Notes: generated from the letters alone by a model not told the origin. Shown: positions 21,818 through 32,392, numbered from the stretch's first letter. The stretch: DNA of 64,000 nt from an uncultured Clostridia bacterium (GCA_934476235.1 CAKSNL010000003.1:206153-270152); one strand, 5' to 3'. Numbers and translations are program-made.

Positions 21818-22642
21818 CTAAACGAGCTTTTTTAAAAATTCAAGTGAAAGCTCGGTCTTTTTTATAAGGTTGTCGGTGGTATTTATTTCGATAGAAACAG
21901 AGTCGTCATAACCTTTTTCACGCAGCATTTTAATGATTTTAGCAAAGTCTATAACGCCGCTTCCGATATCGTTGCTGTCGCATGTTTTTCCGTTTATGCA
22001 AATGCTTCCGCTATCGGACGGGGTTATATCCTTAAAATGCACGTGCCTGATTTTATCGCCGTAGCGCTCTATAGCCTCGCACGCGTCAATCCCGTTGAAC
22101 CAGAAATTCCCCGAATCAAGCACAAAGTAAAGGTCGGGATTGTCATAAAGCAGTCTATCAATATCCGAAAACGTGGCAAACGGACACTTATTGTCGGAGA
22201 AATTCTCTATGACGACCGTTATGTTATACTGCTTTGCCAGAAAGCATATGTCCCCTATGTATTCCGAAACGATTTTGGCACATTCTGAGCGCCCGTTTGC
22301 GGATTCGTAAGGCTTTGTAATTGCCGGAACCGGCATGAAGATGTCAGAACCCATAAAAGCACATAATTCCAGCCTCTTTTTACTGTCCTCTTTCATAAGG
22401 TTTAAAATATTTTCCCTGTCATATGAAAACTCAAAAAGATGATACATACTGGATATGCCGATACCGCTGCGCTTTAACTGTCCGGAGAGCTCCTTTGGGT
22501 CATGAGCGGATGTAAGACCCGTGTAAAGGTCCATCATATCCAGCCCTTTTGAATGGAGATAGGCAAGCGTTTTTTCGAAATCCTCTGTCTCCCCCGCCTT
22601 TGCTGCGATATCCAACTGAACCAAAAATGTACTTATCTTCAT
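21818..22642 (-). CDS. Sugar phosphate isomerase/epimerase (xylose-isomerase-like TIM barrel).
   Basis: TIM-barrel AP-endonuclease-2 family pattern. Start chosen at the internal Met (MKISTF), which has a GGAGG RBS. The longer ORF would overlap pgm. Confidence 0.6.
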   Translation of the reverse strand: MKISTFLVQLDIAAKAGETEDFEKTLAYLHSKGLDMMDLYTGLTSAHDPKELSGQLKRSGIGISSMYHLFEFSYDRENILNLMKEDSKKRLELCAFMGSDIFMPVPAITKPYESANGRSECAKIVSEYIGDICFLAKQYNITVVIENFSDNKCPFATFSDIDRLLYDNPDLYFVLDSGNFWFNGIDACEAIERYGDKIRHVHFKDITPSDSGSICINGKTCDSNDIGSGVIDFAKIIKMLREKGYDDSVSIEINTTDNLIKKTELSLEFLKKLV

Positions 22643-22643
22643 T

Positions 22644-24353
22644 TTATGCCTCCACCAAAGCTCTGAGCTCATTTATAAGGGCTGCGGAAATTTTTTCAGC
22701 CTGAGGTGCCGAATCAGCCTTTGCGCCTACATATATCTTAAGCTTCGGCTCCGTTCCGGAGGGACGGAGAACCGCCCAGAGCCCGTTTTCAAGCTCAAAA
22801 TAGAGCACGTTTGATTTCGGAAGTGTTAAAGGCGATGTGCTGCTATTTACAAAATCTTTGCGAATTCTTTCGTCATAGTCTCTCAGCGCGAGAACCTTAA
22901 AGCCCGCCAAAACCTCCGGGGGATTGTTTCTTACCTTGGTCATTGACGCCTTTATCTCGTCAGCACCCTTAAGCCCCTCCCTGACGATGTTATAAACGCC
23001 TTCCTTGTGCCAGCCGTATTTATTGTAAAGGTCGCAAAGCGCGTCATAAAGGGTTTTATTTTTAAGGCTGTAGAATGCCGCCATTTCAGCGATAAGCATG
23101 GAGGCAACAACGCCGTCCTTATCGCGCGCATGGATTCCGGCAAGGTAGCCGTAGCTTTCCTCGAAGCCGAAAACATAATGCATGTCGCCGTCTTCCTCGT
23201 TGTTTTTAATAAGCTCGCCGATATATTTAAATCCCGTGAGGCACTCAAACATCGTGACGCCGTATGAAGCGCAGATGTTTCTTATTATATCGGTCGTGAC
23301 GATCGTTTTAACGACAAAGGGATTTTCGGGCATGGTCCCCTTTTCGGTGCGCTGAGAGAGAATATACTCGCACAAAAGCGCGCCGACCTGGTTTCCTGTC
23401 ATCGTAACGTATTCCCCGTCTGAATTTTTTACTACGATTCCGACTCTGTCGCAGTCGGGATCCGTTCCGAGAATAAGGTCAACATTCAGCTTCTTAGCCA
23501 TCTCGATTCCGATCGTGAAGCCTTCCTTGTCCTCCGGGTTAGGCGATTTGACCGTCGGAAAATCGCCGTCCGGGACGCACTGCTCTTTTACCGTGTATAT
23601 ATTTTTTAACCCAATGGCATTAAAAGCCTTCATAACCGGCTTATAGCCGGTTCCGTGGAACGGAGTGTAAATTATCTTAAAGGTCTCTCCCGCCTCTTTT
23701 ACCGCCTCGGGGTTTATCTGCTGCTTTAATACGGCTTTCAGAAATTCGTTCTCGATATCCTCGCCTATTAACGTGATGAGCTTTTCGTCAACGGGGGTGT
23801 CAAAGCTTTCAAAAAGAGACATGGAATTAATTATCTTAACAATACTGTCAGCGGTTTCGGGACCTATCTGGCACCCGTCGTCCCCATAGACCTTGTATCC
23901 GTTATACTTTGCCGGGTTGTGGCTTGCGGTAACCATGATTCCGGCGGAGCACTTTAAGTACCTTGTAGCGAAGCTTACCTCCGGTACAGGCTTGAGCTCT
24001 TCAAAAAGATATACCTTAATGCCGTATCTCGTGAGCGTTTCGGCAGCTTCTCTTGCAAAAACGTCCGACTTATGGCGCGAATCGTAGCCTATCACTACGC
24101 TGGGGTTTTTAATGTTTTCGGAAAGAAGGTGCTTTGCCAAAGCCTTTGTCGCCCTTCTTACAACATAAATATTCATTCTGTTTGTGCCCGCGGCAATAAC
24201 TCCGCGAAGTCCCGCCGTACCGAACGCAAGCTCGGCGCCGAAGCGCTCCTTTATCTCGGCGTCATCGCCTTTTATCGCTTCAAGCTCTTTTTTAAGCTCA
24301 GAATCAAGCTCTTTATAATTTAACCATTCACTATACTTATCAATATAGGTCAT
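22644..24353 (-). CDS. pgm: Phosphoglucomutase/phosphomannomutase (alpha-D-phosphohexomutase).
   Basis: Active-site TASHNP. 569 aa. Confidence 0.85.
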   Translation of the reverse strand: MTYIDKYSEWLNYKELDSELKKELEAIKGDDAEIKERFGAELAFGTAGLRGVIAAGTNRMNIYVVRRATKALAKHLLSENIKNPSVVIGYDSRHKSDVFAREAAETLTRYGIKVYLFEELKPVPEVSFATRYLKCSAGIMVTASHNPAKYNGYKVYGDDGCQIGPETADSIVKIINSMSLFESFDTPVDEKLITLIGEDIENEFLKAVLKQQINPEAVKEAGETFKIIYTPFHGTGYKPVMKAFNAIGLKNIYTVKEQCVPDGDFPTVKSPNPEDKEGFTIGIEMAKKLNVDLILGTDPDCDRVGIVVKNSDGEYVTMTGNQVGALLCEYILSQRTEKGTMPENPFVVKTIVTTDIIRNICASYGVTMFECLTGFKYIGELIKNNEEDGDMHYVFGFEESYGYLAGIHARDKDGVVASMLIAEMAAFYSLKNKTLYDALCDLYNKYGWHKEGVYNIVREGLKGADEIKASMTKVRNNPPEVLAGFKVLALRDYDERIRKDFVNSSTSPLTLPKSNVLYFELENGLWAVLRPSGTEPKLKIYVGAKADSAPQAEKISAALINELRALVEA

Positions 24354-24445
24354 AAAACTAACTCCTTTGCATTTTTTCTCCAGTATATTATATCACAAGT
24401 TTTCCCCTTCGTAAAGAGTTTAATTGGTCTTAAAACCTCGAAAAA

Positions 24446-24488
24446 TGCAAAAAAGGACTCCGTCCTTAAAAGATGCGGAGTCCTTTTA
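24446..24488 (-). terminator. Rho-independent terminator (minus strand) after ispH-rpsA.
   Basis: aaggactccg...cggagtcctt. On the minus strand it is followed by a T-run. Confidence 0.65.
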
Positions 24489-24491
24489 ATA

Positions 24492-26480
24492 TTATTCTTC
24501 TGTTTCTTCTGCCGCTTCAGCTGTTTCAGCCGGAACCTCGGGCTCAGCGTCCGGAAGAAGCGCTCTGATTGAAAGCGCAATCTTGGGAGTGGGTTTAGCG
24601 TCCCAGTTGATGTCGATAATCTTCGCGTCAACCTTCTGACCCTTCTTAAGCTCGTCGGAGGGCTTGTTGATTCTCTTGTTTGCAATCTGAGAAATATGGA
24701 TAAGACCCTCAACGCCGGGGATAAGCTCCGCAAATGCACCGAATGCCATAACGTTTGTAATCGTAACGTTAACAACGTTGCCTATTTCAAACTTGCTCTT
24801 AGCGATTACCCAGGGATTGTCCTCGTCCTTCTTATAGCCGAGGGAAACCTTTGTCTTGCCATTCTCGTCAGTCTCGATCTTAAGGATGCGGACAGTAATC
24901 TCATCGCCGACCTTAACAACCTCGGACGGATGGCTTATCTTGTTCCAGGAGAGCTGAGAAATGTGAACAAGACCCTCAACTCCTCCGATATCAACGAATG
25001 CGCCGAAATCGGTAATCGTCTTAACGATTCCCTTGTACTCCTTGCCAACCTCAGCGTCAGCCCAGAAAGCCTCAGCCTTCTTAGCCTTTTCAGCAAGGAG
25101 TACCTGCTTGATTGAGCCGACAATCTTCTTTGTGCGCTGGTCAAACTTTATAATCTTGAGCGGAACCTTCTTTGTTGTGTCAACAAGAACGGATAAGTCG
25201 CTTAAGAATCTGTCGTTCGCCTGAGAACCGGGAACGAATACTCTGATGCCTTCGCAAAGAACGATAACTCCGCCCTTAACAGCTTCGATAACGATACCGG
25301 AAAGAACGGTGCCGTTCTCAAACGCTTCCGCAAGAACCGCGTACTTCTTCTCATTGTCGATCTTCTTTTTAGAGAGAAGAACGTTTCCTTCAACATCGTT
25401 TACTCTTATTACGAATACATCTATCACGTCCCCTACCTTGACTACATCCGAAGGTGTAAGTGTGGGATCATCGGTTAACTCACTGGCGGGAATGATGCCG
25501 TCAGACTTGTAATTAAGGTTAATAATTACTTCATTCGGGTGTATCTCAACGACAGTACCCTTAACCTTTTCACCTGTATGTAAGGTAACAAGAGTGTTTT
25601 CAAGCACTTTTGTCCAGTTTTCCTCCTCATTTGTATTAGTTGTTACTTTTGTGTTTTCTTCCATTGTGTGAAGAACCTCCTTTATTATCCAGTCCGGTGT
25701 TGATGCACCGGCTGTTACACCAATTTGTTTGCAGATGTATTCCGACTTGTCGGGAAGCTCATAGGCTCCCTCAATATGATAGACGTTTTTGCACACGCGC
25801 TTTGCCGTTTCGACAAGCTTTTTATTGTTTGAACTGTGCTTTCCGCCTATCACGAAGAAGATATCGGACTTTTCCGCAATTAAGAGTGCTTCCTTCTGTC
25901 TTAAATCAGTCGCACTACATATTGTATCAAAAAACTCTGCACTTTGGCAAGTCTTTTTTATAAATTTTTTTAAGTTTTCCCAAAAAACTACCGATGACGT
26001 TGTCTGAGCGACAACGCAAAGCGGTTCAGAAGCGATTTTTGGGATCTTTGCCCGGGCGTCCGCCATGTCCTTTATTATTACGGCGCTGCCAGAGCACCAG
26101 CCGTTGATTCCCATGACCTCCGGATGCGTTTCGTCACCCGCTATTATTATAGTATAACACTTTTCGTGATACATTTCAACTATTCTTTGAATTTTTTTAA
26201 CAAAAGGGCATGTTGCGTCGATAAAATCCGTCTTTATCTCATTTGCCGTATCCTTCGGAATACCGTGACTTCTTATAACGACCGTTTCGCCGTCATGTGC
26301 CTCCGAAGGCGAGTTTATGATTCTTACGCCCTTTTCGCCGAGCGAGGATACGACCCGTTCGTTATGTATGATAGGTCCGAGTGTGGCTATCTTTTTCCCC
26401 TGGGCAAGCCCTTCCTCCACAAAGTTAAGCGCTCTGGAAACACCGAAGCAAAAGCCCGCCGATTTTGCAACGCGTATCAT
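24492..26480 (-). CDS. ispH: Bifunctional 4-hydroxy-3-methylbut-2-enyl diphosphate reductase (IspH/LytB) fused to ribosomal protein S1 repeats.
   Basis: N-terminal IspH (MIRVAKSAGFCFGV). C-terminal half carries several S1 domains and an acidic tail. Confidence 0.8.
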   Translation of the reverse strand: MIRVAKSAGFCFGVSRALNFVEEGLAQGKKIATLGPIIHNERVVSSLGEKGVRIINSPSEAHDGETVVIRSHGIPKDTANEIKTDFIDATCPFVKKIQRIVEMYHEKCYTIIIAGDETHPEVMGINGWCSGSAVIIKDMADARAKIPKIASEPLCVVAQTTSSVVFWENLKKFIKKTCQSAEFFDTICSATDLRQKEALLIAEKSDIFFVIGGKHSSNNKKLVETAKRVCKNVYHIEGAYELPDKSEYICKQIGVTAGASTPDWIIKEVLHTMEENTKVTTNTNEEENWTKVLENTLVTLHTGEKVKGTVVEIHPNEVIINLNYKSDGIIPASELTDDPTLTPSDVVKVGDVIDVFVIRVNDVEGNVLLSKKKIDNEKKYAVLAEAFENGTVLSGIVIEAVKGGVIVLCEGIRVFVPGSQANDRFLSDLSVLVDTTKKVPLKIIKFDQRTKKIVGSIKQVLLAEKAKKAEAFWADAEVGKEYKGIVKTITDFGAFVDIGGVEGLVHISQLSWNKISHPSEVVKVGDEITVRILKIETDENGKTKVSLGYKKDEDNPWVIAKSKFEIGNVVNVTITNVMAFGAFAELIPGVEGLIHISQIANKRINKPSDELKKGQKVDAKIIDINWDAKPTPKIALSIRALLPDAEPEVPAETAEAAEETEE

Positions 26481-27103
26481 TTCTTTGCACCCTTTAATGA
26501 AAGAGCATATATTTTTTCCATTAATTCACGGGATAATCTGTCATAATCCTCATCGGTAAGCTTTGCACCTTTGTATTCGGAATAGTCGATAGGTTCGCCT
26601 ATAACCACATAGCCTTTTTTTCTGAAGGCTTTGTGACCTTCAGACACTCCGACCGGAAGAATCGGCACTCCGGTCATTATGGCAAGTCTTACGGCTCCGT
26701 GCTTGGCTTCAACATTATCAGCCCTTTTGCACCTTGTCCCCTGCGGAAACATCAAAAGTGCGTGACCGCCTCTTAAGAGCTTTATCGACGTTTTGACCGC
26801 AGAAACATCGTTATGCCCCCTGTCAACCGGGAATGCGCCCAAAAGCGATATAAGCTTTCCGAACGGTTTGAATTTAAAAAGCTCCTTTTTTGCCATAAAG
26901 GTCAGCCTGCGTTTGAGCGATATGGCAATAAAAACTGGGTCCAGTAAGCTTGAATGGTTGCCGCAGACGATGAGCCCGCCGCTTTCCGGAACGGACGAAT
27001 TGTCGGCACGCCTTAAGCGATACGGAATAAACATGACCGCGCGGACCAGCCCGCGTGCGAAATTATAAAAAGAACCGCTCATTTTACCCTGTCTCCAATA
27101 CAA
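26477..27103 (-). CDS. plsC: 1-acyl-sn-glycerol-3-phosphate acyltransferase.
   Basis: NHSSLLD (H-x4-D) and FPQGTR acyltransferase motifs. Confidence 0.75.
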   Translation of the reverse strand: MYWRQGKMSGSFYNFARGLVRAVMFIPYRLRRADNSSVPESGGLIVCGNHSSLLDPVFIAISLKRRLTFMAKKELFKFKPFGKLISLLGAFPVDRGHNDVSAVKTSIKLLRGGHALLMFPQGTRCKRADNVEAKHGAVRLAIMTGVPILPVGVSEGHKAFRKKGYVVIGEPIDYSEYKGAKLTDEDYDRLSRELMEKIYALSLKGAKK

Positions 27104-27756
27104 TTTATTACGGCTTTCACCGACTCGTCGAGCGATAAGTCCGACGTGTCTATAAGCACCGCATCGTCCGCCTTTTTAAGCGGCATGAACTTACGTGTAC
27201 TGTCATTTTTGTCGCGTTGTATCATGTCGGACAAAACATCCTCGTACTTAACGGCTTCACCCTTTTGGCAAAGCTCTTTAAATCTTCTCTCGGCGCGTAT
27301 TTTAACGTCAGCCGTCAGATATATTTTAACATCGGCGTCCGGCAAAACATAGGACCCGATATCCCGCCCGTCCATAATGCAATTATTGTTTTTTGCCAGC
27401 TGCCTTTGAAGCTCTGTCATCTTCTCGCGTATCTTTATGACCGTGCCGGCGTCCGACGCCGCCATAGATATTTCGGGAGTCCTTATAAGGTCCGACACAT
27501 CCTCCCCGTTTAAGAAAATGCGCTGCTCGTTATTCTGATATTTTAAATCAATCGAAACATCCGGGAGATTTTTTATGACCTTTTCCTTTTCTGATTTCAT
27601 ATTTATGCCGAGGCGTGTCATAAAAAGCCCCACGGCGCGGTACATCGCACCGGTATCGATATAAATATAGCCGAGATAAGCAGCAGCCTTCCTCGCTATA
27701 GTGCTCTTTCCGGCTCCCGAAGGTCCGTCAATAGCTATATTGATCAAAAAAATCAC
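27079..27756 (-). CDS. cmk: Cytidylate kinase.
   Basis: P-loop IAIDGPSGAGKST. 225 aa. Confidence 0.85.
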   Translation of the reverse strand: MIFLINIAIDGPSGAGKSTIARKAAAYLGYIYIDTGAMYRAVGLFMTRLGINMKSEKEKVIKNLPDVSIDLKYQNNEQRIFLNGEDVSDLIRTPEISMAASDAGTVIKIREKMTELQRQLAKNNNCIMDGRDIGSYVLPDADVKIYLTADVKIRAERRFKELCQKGEAVKYEDVLSDMIQRDKNDSTRKFMPLKKADDAVLIDTSDLSLDESVKAVINCIGDRVK

Positions 27757-27758
27757 TC

Positions 27759-28172
27759 CTAAATTACTCTGTGCCCGAGTCCGATTGCAATCTCGTTAAG
27801 GTGTAAAAGTCCGATCCCGCAGAATATGCAAACGGCAATGTGTTCCTTGTAGCGGGCAATGCCGATTTTTCCGCCGGCATTTAATCCGATTGCCTTTGTC
27901 ATGATAGCGGTCATCGCCTCGCGTGCCGCACCGGCAACTGCGCCCTCTTCCATGTGTGACGCTTCGATAAGCTTTTCTCTCTTCGCTCCTACGACGGTAC
28001 GCTCCACTATCTTATTGACAGAGCCTATAAAGTCCCCTCCGAAATCGACCGCGCAGCAAAGCATATTCTTATCGGACATTTTGGATTTGTACGCCGATTC
28101 TTCTTCCCTTGTTGCGGTGAGTGCCATTCGGACAGCCGCGGACGCGACCTCCTTGCTTCCGTATTCAGACAA
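27759..28172 (-). CDS. HutP-family RNA-binding protein (hut-operon antiterminator-like), orphan.
   Basis: C-terminus IAVCIFCGIGLLHLNEIAIGLGHRVI parallels Bacillus HutP IAVSLYGTIGAPIKGLEHETFGVGINHI. 137 aa. Confidence 0.55.
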   Translation of the reverse strand: MSEYGSKEVASAAVRMALTATREEESAYKSKMSDKNMLCCAVDFGGDFIGSVNKIVERTVVGAKREKLIEASHMEEGAVAGAAREAMTAIMTKAIGLNAGGKIGIARYKEHIAVCIFCGIGLLHLNEIAIGLGHRVI

Positions 28173-28236
28173 GGCTTATGCCCCCTTATAACAAAACATA
28201 TTATATATTCTATCACAAAACAAAAAAATAATCAAC

Positions 28237-29454
28237 TTATTTTTGTGATTTTCCGGCGGTAAAGCCTGTCGAAAACGCTATCTGAAGGTTAAAACCCCCG
28301 GTGTAAGCGTCCGAATCTATCACTTCGCCCGCAAAAAACACGCCTTTTACAAGCTTTGATTCCATTGTTGACGGATTTATCTCATTCACACTGACTCCGC
28401 CGGAGGTTATGATAGCCTCCGAAATGGGTCTGAATCCCTTTATATTGATTTCAAAATGCTTCAATAGCTCCTTAAGGCGCCGCCTTTCCTCCTTCGTTAT
28501 CTCACAGACCGTTTTGTGCGGCGGAATCTCTGACAGCCTTACGATTACCGGAATCATCTTTTGCGGCAAAAGATCGTCAAGCGAATTTAAAAAATCTTTT
28601 TTTGAGTATTTTTCAAAGTCGCGTAATATTCTTTTATCAAGTGCTTCTTCGCTTAAAGCAGGTTTTAAATCGAGCGCTATCTTATAGCTTTCCGGGCTTT
28701 TTTTCATGTGTGCGCTTGCGGAAAGTACAATGGGACCCGATAACCCGAAATGCGTGAATAAAAGCTCGCCGAAATCTTCATATATAACCTTGGAATTTTC
28801 ATAAAGCTTCAGCGCCGTGTTTTTTAACGACAAGCCCATCATCTCGCTGCAAAAGGCTTCCTTTGCTTCAAGCGGCACCAGCGACGGACGGATCGGCTTT
28901 ACGGTATGCCCGAGCGAGCGGGCGAAGGTGTACCCGTCCCCCGTCGACCCGGTGCCGGGATAGCTCGCTCCGCCGGTTGCGATGATAACCCTGTCGCCTG
29001 CAATCTTTTCCCCGTCCGAAAGCTCGACATGCGAAAACGCGCCGTCCTTTTCAATAACCGCAGCAACCTTTGCGCGGATTGCCGAAACGTTATGCTTTTT
29101 CATTTGGCGGACCATCGCGTCCACAATGTCCGCCGCCTTGTCAGACTGCGGAAAAACACGGTTTCCGCGCTCGGTTTTTAACTTAACTCCGGCATTTTCG
29201 AAAAATTCCATAGTCGAATATGAGTCAAATTTTGAAAACGCGCCGTATAAAAACCGCCCGTTTACCGGGATGTTTTTTATAAGCTCGTCGCGTGTGCAAT
29301 TGTTGGTAACGTTGCACCGCCCCTTGCCGGTAATGGAAAGCTTTTTTCCGTACCTGTCGTTTTTCTCTATGAGGACGACCTCATCGCCCGCCTCGCCGGC
29401 TGAGCATGCCGCCATAAGACCTGCTGCTCCGGCTCCTATTATGATAGTTTTCAT
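28237..29454 (-). CDS. NAD(P)/FAD-dependent oxidoreductase (HI0933/YhiN/BaiN-like flavoprotein).
   Basis: N-terminal Rossmann IIIGAGAAGLMAA. 405 aa. Confidence 0.65.
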   Translation of the reverse strand: MKTIIIGAGAAGLMAACSAGEAGDEVVLIEKNDRYGKKLSITGKGRCNVTNNCTRDELIKNIPVNGRFLYGAFSKFDSYSTMEFFENAGVKLKTERGNRVFPQSDKAADIVDAMVRQMKKHNVSAIRAKVAAVIEKDGAFSHVELSDGEKIAGDRVIIATGGASYPGTGSTGDGYTFARSLGHTVKPIRPSLVPLEAKEAFCSEMMGLSLKNTALKLYENSKVIYEDFGELLFTHFGLSGPIVLSASAHMKKSPESYKIALDLKPALSEEALDKRILRDFEKYSKKDFLNSLDDLLPQKMIPVIVRLSEIPPHKTVCEITKEERRRLKELLKHFEINIKGFRPISEAIITSGGVSVNEINPSTMESKLVKGVFFAGEVIDSDAYTGGFNLQIAFSTGFTAGKSQK

Positions 29455-30200
29455 TTTTTCGCTCTCTTTCTTGCCGCGATAAATATGCGCTGCTCGTCAT
29501 CTGACGGTGACTTTAACTCCCTGTCCGCGAAAAATTCAATCTCGCAAAGCCCCGCCCTTTCCATAAGAGACGAAAGCTCCCTCTTGCTCCATGCCCGCTC
29601 TGTCTGATATTCATCAAACCTTGAGTAAAAGCCGTCCTCTTCTTTCACGAAAAACTTAAGCTCGAAATCGCAAAGGCGGCTTTCCTCGTCATAAAAGCTC
29701 TCCCAGCTGTAGAAAACCCCGTCATTGTCATATGTATAGCAGTTTCCTCCGAGGACATTTTTAAGCTTGTATTCCGAATTGATATCGAATATAAATACGC
29801 CGTCATAATCAAGGTAGTTATTCACAAGCTTAAAAACGGTAAGAAGCTCCTCCTCGTCAGTGATATAGTTTATACAGTCAAGGCTTGAAATAATGGCGCC
29901 CATGGTTCCGTAAAGCTCAAAATCCGTCATGCTCTGATTTAAATAAAGCGTTCTGCCTTTATTTTTCATCACGGCTTTGCCGAGCATGGCACACGAGGAG
30001 TCGACCCCGGTCATGTCATAGCCGCGCTCCGACATTATTTCGGTGAGGGTGCCGGTTCCGCACCCCAAATCGAGCACGAGCTTCGGCGAAAGGTCATATC
30101 TTTTAAATAATTTTTCGTAAAAATCCGCCCACGAAGCATAGTCCGTGTCCTTCATCAGCATATCGTAAATGTCAGCAAATTCGTTATACATTAAGATCAC
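29451..30200 (-). CDS. Class I SAM-dependent methyltransferase.
   Basis: Motif I VLDLGCGTG. Confidence 0.65.
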   Translation of the reverse strand: MILMYNEFADIYDMLMKDTDYASWADFYEKLFKRYDLSPKLVLDLGCGTGTLTEIMSERGYDMTGVDSSCAMLGKAVMKNKGRTLYLNQSMTDFELYGTMGAIISSLDCINYITDEEELLTVFKLVNNYLDYDGVFIFDINSEYKLKNVLGGNCYTYDNDGVFYSWESFYDEESRLCDFELKFFVKEEDGFYSRFDEYQTERAWSKRELSSLMERAGLCEIEFFADRELKSPSDDEQRIFIAARKRAKK

Positions 30201-32392
30201 TCCGATATTTTTTCAAGCTTTGCATATACCGCCATAAGATTTTTTTCTCCGGATTCATCAAAAATAATTCTAAGGCGCATATCGTTGCCGACCGCCTGTG
30301 CCTCGGCAATCGTTCCGACTCCGAATTTTTTGTGTCTTACCCTGTCGCCGGCGGCAAAGTCAAATTTCTGCACGCTTTCGGACTTTCGAAACGCTCCGAA
30401 ATTGACCTTCTGAAAATCCTTTGAGCCTCTTTTTTCAAGCGGTGCCGAATAGTAATAGTCGTCGAAGGTGGGCTTGGGCGTAATGTCTTCCGAGCAGAAA
30501 TCGGGAATTTCCTCGATAAACATGGAGACCTTGTGGTACTCTGTCTTTCCGAATACCTTGCGCTGATTTGCCCATGTCATAAAAAGCTCCTGCTTTGCTC
30601 TTGTAATGGCAACATATGCAAGGCGCCTTTCCTCCTCTACCCCGTCAGGCTCAAACTTGGATATATCGCTCGGGAAAAGCCCGTCCTCGCAGCCCGTTAT
30701 AAACACAACAGGGAATTCCAGCCCCTTTGCCATATGTATGGTCATCATTGAAACGGTGTCCTCATCCTCATCGTAATCGTCAATATCGGACACAAGCGAT
30801 ATACTGTCAACATAGTCAGAGAGCGACGCACCTTCCGCCGCCGTCTCAAAGCTTTTCGCACCGCTTATAAGCTCGCCTAAGTTATCAAGCCTTGAGCGCG
30901 ATTCCACATCGTCGGTCATCGTGAGAAAATTATAATATCCGCTCTTTTTAATCACGCGCTCCACGAAATCGCCGATCGGCACCGTGTCAGCCTCGGAGCG
31001 GAGCTCCTCAATCAACGCGGCAAATTCCTGCATTTTGGGGCCGCTTCTGCCAAGCTCGTTATAATAGTTTACTATTGTATCATAAACGCTTATCTCTTTT
31101 TGAGCCGCTATTTTTGCGGCATTTTCAAGCGAAGTTCTTCCGATTCCGCGCTTAGGCTCGTTAATGCACCGCCCGAGCGCTATATCGTCATCCGGATTGA
31201 TGATAAGCTTTAAGTACGCCATGATGTCCTTTATTTCCTTGCGGTCGTAAAATCTCAATCCCGAAAGAAGCTTATGCGGTATGCCCGCCATTCTGAAGCG
31301 TTCCTCCAGCGCTCTGGACTGGTTGTTCGTACGAAACAGCACCGCCATGTCAGAAAGGGCGTATTTTCCTTTAAGTTCCTCTATCTTTCCGGCGATAAAG
31401 TCCGCCTCGGAATACTCATTGTCCGCCTTATATATTTTAACAGGCTCGCCCTTATCCATAGCCGTCCAGAGCTTTTTGCCCTTTCTTCCGACATTGTTTC
31501 CTATAACTCCGTTTGCGGCATCCAATATATTCTGGGTCGAACGGTAGTTTCTTTCAAGCCTTATCACTTTTGCTTCGGGAAATTCATTTTCAAACTCTAA
31601 AATGTTTTTTATGTCTGCGCCGCGGAACTTATAAATGCTCTGATCGTCATCGCCCACGACGGTGATATTTCTGTGCCCGCGGCACAAAAGGCTTATAAGA
31701 CTGTACTGTGCGTGGTTCGTGTCCTGATACTCGTCCACAAGAATGTACTTAAATTTATTCTGATAATACCTTAAAACGTCCTCGTTTTCGGACAAAAGCT
31801 TGACCGTGAGCATAATAAGATCGTCAAAATCCATCGCATTGTTCGCTTTGAGCGCCTCTCTGTACGCCGTGTAAACGCGCGCATATATGCTCATCATATA
31901 GTCGTTTCCGTACTCCTCTAAAAAGCTCTCCGGGTAAATCATTTTATTTTTCGCATCCGATATTATTTTAAGGCAGCTTTTTGCCGGAATCTTTTCGGAA
32001 TCTATATTAAGGTTTTTCATACAGTCCTTAATAAGTGTTTTTCTGTCGGTATCGTCATAGATGTTAAAGCCGGGCTTATAGCCCAGATATTCCGGATTTT
32101 TTCTCAATATCGCAAGGCAGGCACTGTGAAAGGTCTTGATCCACATTATGTCCGCGTCGCTCCCGCAAAGCCTCGTGAGCCTTTCGCGCATTTCATCCGC
32201 CGCTTTATTGGTAAATGTGATAGCGAGGATATTGTATGGCGACACGGCTCTTTCCGACAGCATATACGCTATCTTATGTGTCAGCACCTTGGTCTTGCCG
32301 CTTCCGGCACCCGCCAATATCAATAGCGGACCGTCAGGCGCGGTGACTGCCTCAAGCTGTTCGGCATTAAGCCCGTCAAGCAGCTCATTCAT
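30197..32392 (-). CDS. pcrA: ATP-dependent DNA helicase PcrA/UvrD.
   Basis: Walker A GAGSGKT. UvrD-family motifs. 731 aa. Confidence 0.85.
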   Translation of the reverse strand: MNELLDGLNAEQLEAVTAPDGPLLILAGAGSGKTKVLTHKIAYMLSERAVSPYNILAITFTNKAADEMRERLTRLCGSDADIMWIKTFHSACLAILRKNPEYLGYKPGFNIYDDTDRKTLIKDCMKNLNIDSEKIPAKSCLKIISDAKNKMIYPESFLEEYGNDYMMSIYARVYTAYREALKANNAMDFDDLIMLTVKLLSENEDVLRYYQNKFKYILVDEYQDTNHAQYSLISLLCRGHRNITVVGDDDQSIYKFRGADIKNILEFENEFPEAKVIRLERNYRSTQNILDAANGVIGNNVGRKGKKLWTAMDKGEPVKIYKADNEYSEADFIAGKIEELKGKYALSDMAVLFRTNNQSRALEERFRMAGIPHKLLSGLRFYDRKEIKDIMAYLKLIINPDDDIALGRCINEPKRGIGRTSLENAAKIAAQKEISVYDTIVNYYNELGRSGPKMQEFAALIEELRSEADTVPIGDFVERVIKKSGYYNFLTMTDDVESRSRLDNLGELISGAKSFETAAEGASLSDYVDSISLVSDIDDYDEDEDTVSMMTIHMAKGLEFPVVFITGCEDGLFPSDISKFEPDGVEEERRLAYVAITRAKQELFMTWANQRKVFGKTEYHKVSMFIEEIPDFCSEDITPKPTFDDYYYSAPLEKRGSKDFQKVNFGAFRKSESVQKFDFAAGDRVRHKKFGVGTIAEAQAVGNDMRLRIIFDESGEKNLMAVYAKLEKISE

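Noticed and set aside
21818-22672. Longer start (MSSELWWRHK...) for the TIM-barrel isomerase, overlapping pgm.
   Set aside because: The internal Met at 22642 has a GGAGG RBS at ideal spacing and avoids a 29-nt overlap with pgm.
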